Positions 30,929-41,056 of a stretch of DNA of 64,000 nucleotides are shown here, piece by piece (position 1 is the first letter of the stretch; each line of letters starts with the position of its first letter). The notes beneath the pieces were generated by a model. The model was not told where the DNA came from. It saw only the letters and a list, made by a program, of their open reading frames with translations, and made no database searches. Made by a program: the position numbers and the translations under genes. The stretch is from Dehalococcoidia bacterium (lineage in GTDB: Bacteria; Chloroflexota; Dehalococcoidia; GIF9; AB-539-J10): contig JAUWOR010000008.1 of the NCBI GenBank assembly GCA_030612025.1, positions 1 through 64,000 of the forward strand. The letters are read 5' to 3'.

Positions 30929-31366
30929 TCAACTGAACCCTCTTTGTTTAAATGCTGCAGCATTCTCGGCCATCTTCTTCAGGAGGTCAAGGGCAAGCTG
31001 TCTTTCATTCTCTGTAAATCCGGTGGCCAGACCTTCAGTCCAGTGTTCTAAAGCTCTTTCTATCCTGGGCACGACGTCTTTGCCTTTAGCTGTCAGAGAA
31101 AGCCTGTAAAACCGCTTGTCCTGGGAATCACGGTTTTTCGCCACATATCCTAGCTCCACCAGCTTCTTAATTGCTCGCGCCGTCGTCGTTTTATCCATGC
31201 CGAGTGCTTCACTCAATTCGTCCTGGCTCAATCCATCCTGCTGATAAAGAACACGGATAAAGGGCAAATGACCTCCCTTGACATCGAGTTCAGCAAACTC
31301 TTTGTCTATAAAACTACGGCTGTACCTGTGAATGATAGAGACCCACCTGCCTAATGACTCGTTCAT
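30929..31366 (-). CDS. MarR family regulator
   Basis: LSQDELS..DKTTTARAIKKL..DKR..LTAKG. Confidence 0.93.
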   Translation of the reverse strand: MNESLGRWVSIIHRYSRSFIDKEFAELDVKGGHLPFIRVLYQQDGLSQDELSEALGMDKTTTARAIKKLVELGYVAKNRDSQDKRFYRLSLTAKGKDVVPRIERALEHWTEGLATGFTENERQLALDLLKKMAENAAAFKQRGFS

Positions 31367-31372
31367 CGTGTA

Positions 31373-32734
31373 TCACCCCGCTTCCATTAGAATTTGCTGT
31401 TTCTTGAACTCACGCATCTGGGGAATAACCATAGCAAGCGTTATGATAAAGGATAATGTATCGGCGATTGGGAATGATAGCCATACCCCATTAAGTCCGA
31501 AGAAACGTGGCAGAATGAATACTAAAGGGATGAGAAAGAGAATCTGCCTGGATGTAGAGAGAATGAATGTTTGAATTGGTTTTCCAATTGCCTGAAATAT
31601 GGTTGCGCCAACAATCTGAAATCCGACCAGCCAAAGTGCCATAAAGATAAGCCTTATTGCATGGGTGCCTTGGGATATAAGGGCAGCATCCGTGGAAAAA
31701 AAACGTATAATCGGCTCAGCGAAAAGGAGGATGATTAAGACAGCACCGACGGAAAAGGCCGCCGCAATAATAACGGACCGGCGTATTACTTCTATTCCCC
31801 TGTCATAACGCCTCGCACCATAGCTGAAACCAAGGATTGGCTGGAGTCCCTGAGCAATACCCATATTCGGCATTACGGCAAAGTGCAGCACCCGATGTAC
31901 CACACCAAAAACTGCTATGGAGACATCCCCACCGTAAAAACCAAGAGTCCTGTTAATAATGACAGCAATAAAGCTTCCTGCTGCAGTCCTTACAAACACA
32001 CCGAATCCTATGGCTACAATTTCCTTGACTACAGTCCGCTCAAGAATAAAGTTTTTCACCCGAATTCGTAGGGAACTCTTTCCAGAGAGAAAATAATGCG
32101 CCAGATACAGGGTGGTGACAACATGTGCAATAACCGTTGCAATTGCAGCCCCCCGGATACCCATGCCAAGGGCAAAGATGAAAACTGGGTCAAGCGCAAT
32201 GTTTAAAAGAGCACCTATAAACATGCTTATCATTGCCACCCGGGCATTGCCTTCCGCCCTGATAATAGCATTGGCTGCCATAGAGAATCCGTGGAACACC
32301 ACGCCGAGAAGAATTATATCCATGTATTCTTTTGCGTAGGGTAGAATGGTGTCCGTAGCTCCAAAAAGACGGAGAAGGAAAGTGCTTCTTGACAATGCCA
32401 CAACCGCTAACGTTCCCCCAAGAATAAGAATCAAAATTATGGCATTACCCAGTGTACGTTCCGCCCTTTTCATATTGTCAGCACCCAGGCTTCTAGAAAT
32501 AAGGGAAGCTGCCCCTATTCCTACCATCAGCCCTATGCCCATTATTACCATCTGGATTGGGAAAACAATGGAAATGCCGGCGATACCCAGAATACCCACT
32601 CCTCGACCAACAAAAATCGCATCTACGACGTTGTAGAGAGACATAACGAACATGCCTGCCATCGCTGGGAGAGAGAGTTTCCACAGCAATGTTTTTATGG
32701 GTTCGCTAGCTAGAGCTACACTGTGGTCATGCAT
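31373..32734 (-). CDS. MATE efflux transporter (MepA-like)
   Basis: YNVVDAIFVG, NIALDPVFIF, GIRGAAIAT. Confidence 0.93.
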   Translation of the reverse strand: MHDHSVALASEPIKTLLWKLSLPAMAGMFVMSLYNVVDAIFVGRGVGILGIAGISIVFPIQMVIMGIGLMVGIGAASLISRSLGADNMKRAERTLGNAIILILILGGTLAVVALSRSTFLLRLFGATDTILPYAKEYMDIILLGVVFHGFSMAANAIIRAEGNARVAMISMFIGALLNIALDPVFIFALGMGIRGAAIATVIAHVVTTLYLAHYFLSGKSSLRIRVKNFILERTVVKEIVAIGFGVFVRTAAGSFIAVIINRTLGFYGGDVSIAVFGVVHRVLHFAVMPNMGIAQGLQPILGFSYGARRYDRGIEVIRRSVIIAAAFSVGAVLIILLFAEPIIRFFSTDAALISQGTHAIRLIFMALWLVGFQIVGATIFQAIGKPIQTFILSTSRQILFLIPLVFILPRFFGLNGVWLSFPIADTLSFIITLAMVIPQMREFKKQQILMEAG

Positions 32735-32753
32735 AACTTATTCAAATCCCTTC

Positions 32754-32805
32754 ATCAGTTGTAAATACAACTGATTATATCAAGGCATAGTTGTAAATAC
32801 AACTA
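32754..32805. promoter_or_regulatory. Tandem palindromic MarR-type operators
   Basis: AGTTGTA-AA-TACAACT twice (32754-32775 and 32788-32805), upstream of MATE-marR. Confidence 0.75.
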
Positions 32806-32889
32806 ATCTTTGAAGTAGCCTTCCAGTAGAATTTGAGTGGAAGGCAGAAGGTTATTTATCTCCCAGCCAGAACCATTTCCCGCTCTAAA

Positions 32890-32923
32890 GTTGTAATTAC
32901 ATTCCGCATGGGCACGGATTCAT
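32890..32923 (-). mobile_element. comM-hybrid att site copy 3
   Basis: Minus ATG AAT CCG TGC CCA TGC GGA ATG TAA TTACAAC = MNPCPCG plus arm. Confidence 0.78.
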
Positions 32924-33603
32924 GGGTACATGCTCCTTAGTTCCTCTACAATTCTCCTCTCTTCCGTAAGTTTCTCTCTTTGCTCCGGGGTTAGGCGAGT
33001 TTGGTATTCAGCAAGCTTACGGTGTAACCTTTCCATCTCCTTACCGGGTTTCGCCCCCTCGAAACCAGACATTGCAGGAGTTTCTTTAACTCCTTCGGCT
33101 AGGCCGATTTTAGCAGCAATCCTCGGATACCATGATGGTCTAAAAAACCCGGCAGTTAACCAGTCTCCAAACCGCACTATCAGAATGTCAATATACCGCA
33201 TAGGTGGAAAGAACCACCGCACAACCCCGCCTTCCTGACCTGTCACAGCACGCAATAGGGTGCCTCCTCCAGCATACAAGAAACATAGCGTGAGAAGAAA
33301 ACAGGGCAGGCAGAGGATGACGAGGATCAGACTCCAAAAACCACCAGTGCCAACCGCACCAAAGATAAAGCTGAAGATAAGGCCAAACATAGACCAGACA
33401 AAGGCCAATACCAGGTAACCAGTGCCCCTGTACTCAGGTGGCTCTAGTTCGCTTAGTTTGGCGCCTCTTACTTCTGGATTAACGGCACTATGTTTGCCGG
33501 CAACAAATAATAGAGCAGCAGCCGTCAATGAGAGGCCAGCAAGAATAGCAAAGAAAGAGGGAGAAAGTAATCTACCCAGTCTTACTAAGATTTCCATGGC
33601 CAC
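32920..33603 (-). CDS. Hypothetical membrane protein
   Basis: Three hydrophobic segments and a coiled-coil tail; its stop codon overlaps att copy 3. Confidence 0.7.
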   Translation of the reverse strand: MAMEILVRLGRLLSPSFFAILAGLSLTAAALLFVAGKHSAVNPEVRGAKLSELEPPEYRGTGYLVLAFVWSMFGLIFSFIFGAVGTGGFWSLILVILCLPCFLLTLCFLYAGGGTLLRAVTGQEGGVVRWFFPPMRYIDILIVRFGDWLTAGFFRPSWYPRIAAKIGLAEGVKETPAMSGFEGAKPGKEMERLHRKLAEYQTRLTPEQREKLTEERRIVEELRSMYP

Positions 33604-33758
33604 CTCCCTTCAAACTAGCTCCGACAAATATTTAAGGATAGCATAACAAATTTGAATGTGATGGAGCTAGTTGCAATCTCTATCGCTGAGCGATTTGACA
33701 GAATTTTGCGGATGAAATGATTACCCTAGTCCCTTCTCAAACAACTTTCCACCCCAAC

Positions 33759-33789
33759 GTTGTAACTACATTCCGCACGGGCAAGGGTT
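33759..33789 (-). mobile_element. comM-hybrid att site copy 4
   Basis: Minus AAC CCT TGC CCG TGC GGA ATG TAG TTACAAC. Confidence 0.75.
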
Positions 33790-33913
33790 TAGCTCCATTC
33801 TAAGATATTGACCATCACGCGAACGAGGACTAAACTCAAGTCCCAAAAGTTGATTATCACCTCTGAAAATCTGGTAATATTAAAAAGGGGGAAACGTAAG
33901 AAAGGAGACAGCT

Positions 33914-34966
33914 ATGAAGATTATTGACCTGCGAAGTGATACGATAACCCTCCCCACAGAGGATATGCGCCGAGCCATGTATGAGGCTGAAGTAGGAGAT
34001 GACGTTTATAAAGAGGACCCCACCGTTAATCTCTTAGAGGAACTAGCTGCCCGCATGTTGGAGAAAGAGGCTGCTCTCTTTACAGCCAGCGGAACTATGA
34101 GCAACCTTATTGCTATCCTGACATATACCCGCCACGGCAATGAAATCATCATGGGCAGTGAAGCTCATATGTTATGGGCCGAGGTTGGCTCTGCATCTGC
34201 CTTAGGTGGAGTCGTGATGAGGACTGTTCCCAACGAGCAAGACGGCCGGCTGGACCTTGGTATGGTGGAGCAAGCTATTCGACCAGAAAATATCCACTTC
34301 CCTCAGACTACGCTCCTCTGTCTAGAGAATACCCACAATCGCTGTGGTGGCACTGTTCTGACTCCTGAATACACATCTACTATCGCCGAACTCGCTCACC
34401 AACATGGACTTCGGGTTCACCTGGACGGAGCACGCATTTTCAACGCCGCCGTTGCCCTTGATGTGCCTGTAAGTGAACTGGTTGCACCCGCGGATTCTGT
34501 CTGCTTCTGCCTCTCCAAGGGCCTCAGCGCTCCCGTGGGCTCTCTCCTGTGTGGGACTCAGGAGTTTGTAGCGAAGGCCCGCAAGTGGCGTAAGATGCTG
34601 GGAGGAGGAATGCGCCAGGTGGGAATCATCGCTGCCGCTGGCATCATTGCTCTTCAGAAAATGGTTGCGCGTCTGGCTGAAGATCACGCTACTGCCCGGC
34701 ACTTAGCGTATGGGCTAGCCAACATCCCCGGCATCACCGTTCACCCTGACAGGGTTCAAACCAACATCGTGATGTTTGAGCCTCCGATTACCATCCCCGC
34801 TCCCGAGTTCATCCAACGGAGCAGTGCCCGGGGTGTTAGGTTCGGCTCTCTGGGTGGGCGAAGAGTGCGGGCCGTCACGCACCGCATGGTCACAAAGGCA
34901 GATATAGATGAAGCCCTGAACCGTATTGAGTTTCTTGTCAGAGAAACAGAGTCAGAAGCCCATTAG
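33914..34966 (+). CDS. ltaE: Low-specificity L-threonine aldolase
   Basis: DLRSDT, SGTMSN, LENTHN, HLDGARIFNA, CLSKGL. Confidence 0.95.
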   Translation: MKIIDLRSDTITLPTEDMRRAMYEAEVGDDVYKEDPTVNLLEELAARMLEKEAALFTASGTMSNLIAILTYTRHGNEIIMGSEAHMLWAEVGSASALGGVVMRTVPNEQDGRLDLGMVEQAIRPENIHFPQTTLLCLENTHNRCGGTVLTPEYTSTIAELAHQHGLRVHLDGARIFNAAVALDVPVSELVAPADSVCFCLSKGLSAPVGSLLCGTQEFVAKARKWRKMLGGGMRQVGIIAAAGIIALQKMVARLAEDHATARHLAYGLANIPGITVHPDRVQTNIVMFEPPITIPAPEFIQRSSARGVRFGSLGGRRVRAVTHRMVTKADIDEALNRIEFLVRETESEAH

Positions 34967-35150
34967 AAAAAGATTCCTCTCCCGAGCCTCGAAGTTAAGC
35001 GCTCGCTTATCGGGCTGTAATGGAGTATAGCGAGCGTGAATTGGTTAGAACTCGCGGTTCGCCTCAAGTGTTACCTATGTGGTCAGTCAGCACACTATGG
35101 TGCAACACATCGCTCAATCAGGTATCATTGTCACTACTAAGGAGGTCAAT

Positions 35151-36020
35151 GTGAATAAAGTAGCTATTATGACTGACTCCATTGCCGCTATACCGCCGGA
35201 AATGGCACAAGAATATGGCATCGGAATAGTGCCAGCCCACGTCATCATGGATGGTAAGGATTATCCTGACACAGAAATAGATATGGGAATGCTCTATGCC
35301 CAGCTTGAAGGAAAAGAAAACCTGCCGACAACTTCAGGTGCTACCATAGGGCAATTCTTGCAAGCCTACCAGGAGATGAGCCAGAGGGCAGAGGCTATCC
35401 TGGTTATCACTCTCACTTCAGCTTATAGCGCAACATATGGGGCAGCCGTACAGGCTAGAGAAATAGTTCATGAAAAGCTGCCCAACACCACTATTGAAGT
35501 GATTGACTCACGCACCGTCGCTGCCGCTCAGCTACTTATTGTTCTTCAGGCAGCCAAGACAGCCGCACAAGGCAAAAGTTTTCAAGAGGTAACCAAGGTC
35601 GCTAACGACATGATACTCCGAGTAAATGATCTGTCAACGCGAGATACCCTTTTCTACCTGGATAAGGGAGGGCTAGTATATGAGGCTGGTTCATGGGCTA
35701 AAGCTGAATTAAAAAGCACTTTCAGAGCAATTTTGAAGGTCGATGCCTCTACTCAGGGGATAACAAAGCCTGTAGCCAGAGCTAAAACCAAAACACAAAT
35801 AATGAACAAGATGGTTGACATAGCCAAGGAAAAAGTCAGAGGCAAGAAATTATATGCTGCCATAGTGCACACCAACGTCCCCGACCAAGCCGAACAGCTA
35901 AGAAAAATGATTCTATCCCAATTCCAGTGTGATGAAATTTATGTTGCTGAAGCCTTGGGAGCGACAGCAGTGAAAAATGGACGCGGGCTCATTCACTTTG
36001 CATTCTACGGTGGCGACTGA
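35151..36020 (+). CDS. DegV family protein
   Basis: VAIMTDS, LPTTSG, VIDSR, LFYLDKGG; RBS precedes GTG 35151. Confidence 0.9.
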   Translation: MNKVAIMTDSIAAIPPEMAQEYGIGIVPAHVIMDGKDYPDTEIDMGMLYAQLEGKENLPTTSGATIGQFLQAYQEMSQRAEAILVITLTSAYSATYGAAVQAREIVHEKLPNTTIEVIDSRTVAAAQLLIVLQAAKTAAQGKSFQEVTKVANDMILRVNDLSTRDTLFYLDKGGLVYEAGSWAKAELKSTFRAILKVDASTQGITKPVARAKTKTQIMNKMVDIAKEKVRGKKLYAAIVHTNVPDQAEQLRKMILSQFQCDEIYVAEALGATAVKNGRGLIHFAFYGGD

Positions 36021-36025
36021 GCAGG

Positions 36026-36493
36026 TCAGCACTCCATAGGCTGTGTTGATATATCACATATCTGTGGGGCAACCAATTTTGTGATGTCCTGCACCTTCAG
36101 CTTGACTAACCTTGTTCTCGTCCCGCCACCACTCCAGACGCACTCGTTGCTCAAGACCTGTTGATCGAGATATACGGGCAGCCTCTTCTTATGTCCCACC
36201 GGAGGTATGCCCCCTGTGGGATAGCCAGTAACCTTTTCTGCAATTTCATCTGAAGCAATTTTCACTGATTTTGACTGAGAGCAAGATTCAAGCTTGTGCC
36301 GGCTCACACTGCAGTCAGCCCTCACTATAGCTATTAGCGGCTTTGAATCTTGGTTAACAAAAACAAGAGTTTTTACAATCCTATCTAAAGGTATGTCAGT
36401 AGCCTTGGACGCTTCCAAGGCATGATGGGTAGATTTTTTCTCCACAAATTCAAATTCAACTTTGTTTTGGCGTAGAAACGCTGTTAGATTCAC
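36026..36493 (-). CDS. YbaK/EbsC aminoacyl-tRNA deacylase family
   Basis: IVKTLV, TGYPTGGIPPVG, GGG. Confidence 0.9.
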   Translation of the reverse strand: MNLTAFLRQNKVEFEFVEKKSTHHALEASKATDIPLDRIVKTLVFVNQDSKPLIAIVRADCSVSRHKLESCSQSKSVKIASDEIAEKVTGYPTGGIPPVGHKKRLPVYLDQQVLSNECVWSGGGTRTRLVKLKVQDITKLVAPQICDISTQPMEC

Positions 36494-36576
36494 TCTATAC
36501 CCTCGAGAAACTATTCTGCTTTATATACTTTCTTGAAGGATATGTCGCCTCCTTCACTGGTAGCTATTGAAGCGTC

Positions 36577-37494
36577 TTACTCACCAAGTCTGTCTCCTGC
36601 TTTCAAATCCACTTGCTCGGCGAATTCTGTACCTGCTATCTTGGGAAAGCCTCCCACTTGCACCCGTTTAACAAGGATGGCCCCATTCATGGCAGCCACT
36701 GTAAATCCCTCTTTAGTAATATTAATAACCTGGCCAGGCAATCCACCCACACCGCCCACAAGTAGTTCTGCGTCAAAAAGTTTGAGCCGCTTACCCCGAA
36801 AATAGGTTATTGCCCCTGGCTGAGGATTAGTGCCCCGAATCAGATTATAGACTCTGGTTACCGGCTGAAGCCAGTTAAGAACAGCATCTTTTTCAGTGCA
36901 TAGCCCTTCGTAAGTAGCTTGTGATTCATCTTGGGGGATTCGTGGAGCTATTCCCTTTTTAATCAACTCGATGCTCTCCACTAATGCCTCTATTCCCAAT
37001 GGGAAGAGTTTATCGAAGTAGAGCGAGCCCACAGTATCATCAGGAGAAATCTCTACCTCCCTCTGCAACAGGGTAGGGCCGGTATCTATCCCTTTATCAG
37101 GCCAGAAAATGGTAATGCCTGTCTTAGTCTCTCCATTGATGATAGCCCAGTTAATGGCACTACCACCTCGATGCTTCGGAAGTAACGAGGGATGGTATTG
37201 GATTGTCCCCAACTTAGGATAGTTTAGGATACTCTCAGGTATGATACTGGTTACATAAGCCATAACATTCAGGTCCGGCTTAAACTTAATATACTCGGTA
37301 TAAACCTCTGGGGCTCGCATTTCTCCTGGCTGAAAGGTTGGTATACCTAATTGAACTGCTAATTCCTTAAGCGGGTTTGTCTTTCTAGGAATATCAGGAG
37401 AGGTATAAACCCCGACAATCTCCTCTCCCCTTTCGGTCAATGCCTCGAGAACTTTCTGGCCAAGGGCTGCTTGCCCTATTATGACAATACGCAT
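36577..37494 (-). CDS. fmt: Methionyl-tRNA formyltransferase-like protein
   Basis: HPSLLPKHRGG, GIDTGP, NLIRGTNPQPGA; may be a formyltransferase paralogue. Confidence 0.75.
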   Translation of the reverse strand: MRIVIIGQAALGQKVLEALTERGEEIVGVYTSPDIPRKTNPLKELAVQLGIPTFQPGEMRAPEVYTEYIKFKPDLNVMAYVTSIIPESILNYPKLGTIQYHPSLLPKHRGGSAINWAIINGETKTGITIFWPDKGIDTGPTLLQREVEISPDDTVGSLYFDKLFPLGIEALVESIELIKKGIAPRIPQDESQATYEGLCTEKDAVLNWLQPVTRVYNLIRGTNPQPGAITYFRGKRLKLFDAELLVGGVGGLPGQVINITKEGFTVAAMNGAILVKRVQVGGFPKIAGTEFAEQVDLKAGDRLGE

Positions 37495-37545
37495 TGCCTA
37501 CCCTTTCTCATCCTTTAGGGACTCAACATTTTGGCGCTAATGGGT

Positions 37546-37630
37546 TGGTGGGGAAGGGGGGACTCGAACCCCCACGCCTTGCAGCACATGATCCTAAGTC
37601 ATGCTCGTCTGCCAATTCCGACACTTCCCC
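37546..37630 (-). tRNA. tRNA-Leu(TAG)
   Basis: CATGA-CTTAGGA-TCATG, variable arm, encoded CCA. Confidence 0.95.
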
Positions 37631-37725
37631 AGATACAAAATCACTTAATACAATAGCATTTTATCAGACTTGCCTCAAACAATCGGGACTCAAAAATGCA
37701 AAGATTGTTTGGGAAGCTCGCTTTT

Positions 37726-37835
37726 TGTCATTCTGAACCCTATGGGCGAAGAATCTCTTAATAGACTCTCCGCGGAGTCTGTCCTGAGCGTTATGAGATC
37801 CTTCGCTTCACTCAGGATGACAGCGAAGGACTCAG
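37726..37835. repeat. Palindromic miniature repeat
   Basis: TGTCATTCTGA..GAAGAATCT..AGATCCTTCGC..CAGGATGACA. Confidence 0.78.
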
Positions 37836-37873
37836 ATCAACAATTTGCTGTTAATAAACATCCCCAAATGCAA

Positions 37874-38052
37874 TTCCACACCCTTAAGAGCGCCCTTGTT
37901 GTAACCTTCGTCGTGCTCGCTCGGATATTGAGCATATTGTGAGGCTTGGTGGTTGGGAAAGCCCTGATATGGTGCTCAGATATACTCGGTCAGTGAAGTT
38001 TGAGGATAGTTTGAGGGTTTACTGTGGGCTGGAGACTTTATCTAAAACCTAG
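37874..38052 (+). pseudogene. Tyrosine integrase C-terminal remnant
   Basis: HTLK.., then in a shifted frame CNLRR..EHIVRLGGWESPDMVLRYTRSVKFEDSL (LGGW and catalytic Tyr). Confidence 0.7.
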
Positions 38053-38520
38053 CCCTTCGCTTCACTTGGAACATAAATGAGAGAGGTTTTTCGAGAAAGT
38101 CATTAACCCCCTTGGACTTGTCTTGGTAGGCTATAGTTTCTTTACCAATCATAATAGTAGCATAAGCGAGCTTTACCTCTTGCGAACCTAGCATCTTATA
38201 GTCTGGGTTGCGTTCGTTAACCTGGACAATTCCGCTCACGAAGCGGCTATGTTGCGAGGGTCCATCTTCAAAAGGAACATCTTGTAAGGCGATTCGCATG
38301 CCACAAACGAGGTAGTTAGCATAAGGACTAGTCCCAAGACTAGAAGGACGAAATATTTGTTTCTGCTCATTCCTCCGCCCTCCGTTGTACCTTCCCCTTG
38401 TCCAATTATACCCTTGATGAACCTCAAATAGAAGGCTCTCATTATGTATTTCCCATTCACCTGCTAAAATCTCGCTTGAAGAGACATGTTGTAGGTTGAC
38501 TATAGCAAGAGGAATTTACT

Positions 38521-38930
38521 ATGTGGATTCGAGAGCCTGGTAAGGTCACTGACAGGATAGATTTTCCAGGAACACGAAAAAAACTGCCTATATCCGCTTA
38601 AAGGTAAAGAGACTGTGATTATTGCATGACTTTTCTCTATATATGGAATCGCTAAGGAAGCTGGCGGCTTATGAGGTAGCGCTATGTGCCTTTGCCCATC
38701 ATGGTGTTTTTATCGCTGACCAAGCAAAAAGTATCCTCCCGTAAGGCCCAGAACAGACAGAAAGGTTTAAGGACTACATTATGGAGCAATACCAAAAAAC
38801 AGGTAACCTAGACAAAATAGCACAAAACCTTGCCGCTGAGGCAGCGGAGAAAAACAAAACTCCCTTCCTCAGCCTGGAATTCCAGACCACTATTGCCAAG
38901 ACTGTAATCCGTAGGATATTAGGCTAGCTT
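38521..38930 (+). pseudogene. Decayed metallo-beta-lactamase-fold hydrolase
   Basis: MWIREPGKVTDRIDF.. and DFSLYMESLRKLAAY..AHHGVF fragments, with frameshifts and an internal deletion. Confidence 0.5.
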
Positions 38931-38946
38931 GCCGAATAAACAAGAC

Positions 38947-39255
38947 TCAATATCTTCGACGCCCTCCTCCACCTCCACCTCCACCATAAAACCCACCGCC
39001 GCCTCCGCGTTCAGTGCGAGGACGCGCCTTGCTAACAGTAAGCTTCTGCTCCCTTAATGGCGTCTCGCTGAGGCCGTCAATCGCTGCCTGAGCCTCGGTA
39101 TCTACTGACATCTCAACAAATCCAAATCCCCTGGGTTGGCCAGTATACCTATCTTTGATAATGTTTACCGATGTAACTTGCCCAAAAGCCTCAAATGCCT
39201 GGCGTAACTCCTCTTCAGTAACCTCGGGTGACAAATTACCTACATATATATTCAT
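38947..39255 (-). CDS. RRM RNA-binding protein
   Basis: IYVGNLS (RNP2), RGFGFVEM (RNP1), Gly-rich tail. Confidence 0.95.
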   Translation of the reverse strand: MNIYVGNLSPEVTEEELRQAFEAFGQVTSVNIIKDRYTGQPRGFGFVEMSVDTEAQAAIDGLSETPLREQKLTVSKARPRTERGGGGGFYGGGGGGGGRRRY

Positions 39256-39443
39256 AATATTACCTCCCTTTGCATTTTTATTTTATCACCCTCACCTTAG
39301 TTCCTTCGCTTTGCTCAGGACTAGCATCACCTCCCTTCAAGGGAAAGGCTAGGCGAGGGGTTAAAATACGCTGAATCTTTCCACTTCTGAACCTTCGGGG
39401 GCTGGGCTCAATTCCAGCCCCTTTGAATCCAGTTACAATCAAC

Positions 39444-39749
39444 CTATTGTCGACTGCCCAATTTAACTTTGTTGTAACACTCACTGCAATATACTGGCCT
39501 GCCTTCTCGAGGCTCGAAGGGTACCTCACATTCCTTACCACACTCAGCGCATACTGCCGGATACATTTGCCGCCTCAGTCTATCGTCACCAAAGCTTCTG
39601 CGCTGGTTTCTCCTTGCCTCACGGCAGGCAGTGCAACGCTTGGGCTCATTAGTATATCCCTTAGCCGCATAGAACTCCTGCTCCTCAACAGTAAAGGTAA
39701 ATGTAGCGCCACAGTCAGAACATTGGAGTGTTTTGTCTGTAAACCCCAT
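39444..39749 (-). CDS. Zinc-ribbon / CxxC-x17-CxxC protein
   Basis: DKTLQCSDCG..EQEFY..PKRC..C; CAECG..PFEP..PVYCSEC. Confidence 0.9.
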   Translation of the reverse strand: MGFTDKTLQCSDCGATFTFTVEEQEFYAAKGYTNEPKRCTACREARRNQRRSFGDDRLRRQMYPAVCAECGKECEVPFEPREGRPVYCSECYNKVKLGSRQ

Positions 39750-40091
39750 TGGATGACCTCCTTTCTTAATAATATTTGGCTAGAGTCTCGGTCATCCAAC
39801 GTCTGTAAATGGAACTAAAGGAATTTTTTCCAGAGAATCGGTAACCTGAACTTATAACCACTGTGATAAGTATATATGTTAATGGTAAAATTTGCAAATT
39901 AATCAAGCTTGGCCGATGCAGAAACTAAAGTTTTAACTGCAAAACCACCTTGCGGTTCTCCCTCCCGCTAGGGGAGGGAGATAGAGGGAAGGAGAGTTTA
40001 CCCTCACCTACCCTCTCTTGTAAGGAAGAAAAAATTCATTACATGAGAGGGATTTTATAAGATATTATGCGGAACACTATGATTTAGGGAG

Positions 40092-41018
40092 ATGCATAAA
40101 GGAAAACTAAAGTCGAAATTCTTGGGATGCTTGATAGGGGCAGCCATAGGTGATGGGCTTGGCGCTTGGCGAGAAGGAAGGAGGATAGCTGAAAAAGAAG
40201 ATATTGCCTCCTTAGCTGAGAGGGTGGAAGAGCTAGCTTATACCGATGACACTCACATGACAATCGGTGTGGTGGAATCGCTGATACAAAGCAGGGGCTT
40301 TGATGGAGAGCATATGGCCCAAACTTTTATCAAAAACTATGAAGCTGAGCCATGGCGTGGCTATGGACCAGGGCCACCCAGAGTTTTTAGGATGATAAAG
40401 AGGGGTGAGCCATGGGATAGTGCCGCAAGCAAAATCTATAGGGGTGGCTCATTTGGAAACGGGTCAGCGATGAGAGTGGCACCAATAGGACTCCTATATT
40501 CTAATAACCCAGCCAAGTTGAGGGAGATTGCTTACAAATCAAGTTCTATTACCCATTTTCACGAATTAGGCAAGGAAGGAGCAGCCCTCCAAGCTTATGC
40601 TGTAGCCTTAGCCCTGAATACTCCCTCGGATGAAGAAATTGATCGGGAAGCTTTTCTTCTAAAACTCCAGAACTTTGCCCAAACCCAGTTATATAAGGAA
40701 AAGATAGCCAACACGAAAGAGCTACTGGGCGAGCAAGATAGGGCAAGGGTGGTTGCTGTGCTGGGAAATGGTATAGAGGCGTTAAACTCAGTGCCAACTG
40801 CCATCTATTGCTTCCTAAAGCAGCCGAAATCCTATAAGGATTCAGTGATTTATGCCATAAGCTTAGGCGGCGATACTGATACCATAGCTTCCATGGCTGG
40901 GGCTATCTTAGGAGCCTACCTGGGTATAGAGGCCATTCCACAAGAGTGGAGACTAAAACTCGAAAACAAGGCTTATATCGAAGGTTTAGCAGAAAGGTTG
41001 TGGCAAGCTGCAACGTGA
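40092..41018 (+). CDS. ADP-ribosylglycohydrolase family protein
   Basis: GDGLG, YTDDT, GNGSAMR, GGDTDT. Confidence 0.93.
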   Translation: MHKGKLKSKFLGCLIGAAIGDGLGAWREGRRIAEKEDIASLAERVEELAYTDDTHMTIGVVESLIQSRGFDGEHMAQTFIKNYEAEPWRGYGPGPPRVFRMIKRGEPWDSAASKIYRGGSFGNGSAMRVAPIGLLYSNNPAKLREIAYKSSSITHFHELGKEGAALQAYAVALALNTPSDEEIDREAFLLKLQNFAQTQLYKEKIANTKELLGEQDRARVVAVLGNGIEALNSVPTAIYCFLKQPKSYKDSVIYAISLGGDTDTIASMAGAILGAYLGIEAIPQEWRLKLENKAYIEGLAERLWQAAT

Positions 41019-41056
41019 ATTTTGCCTCACCATGGTACCAAGGACAAAGGGGGCGG

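Noticed and set aside
32754-32805. AGTTGTAAATACAACT as further att copies (shares GTTGTAA)
   Set aside because: Perfect palindromes without the comM half, positioned as operators of the MATE-marR operon.
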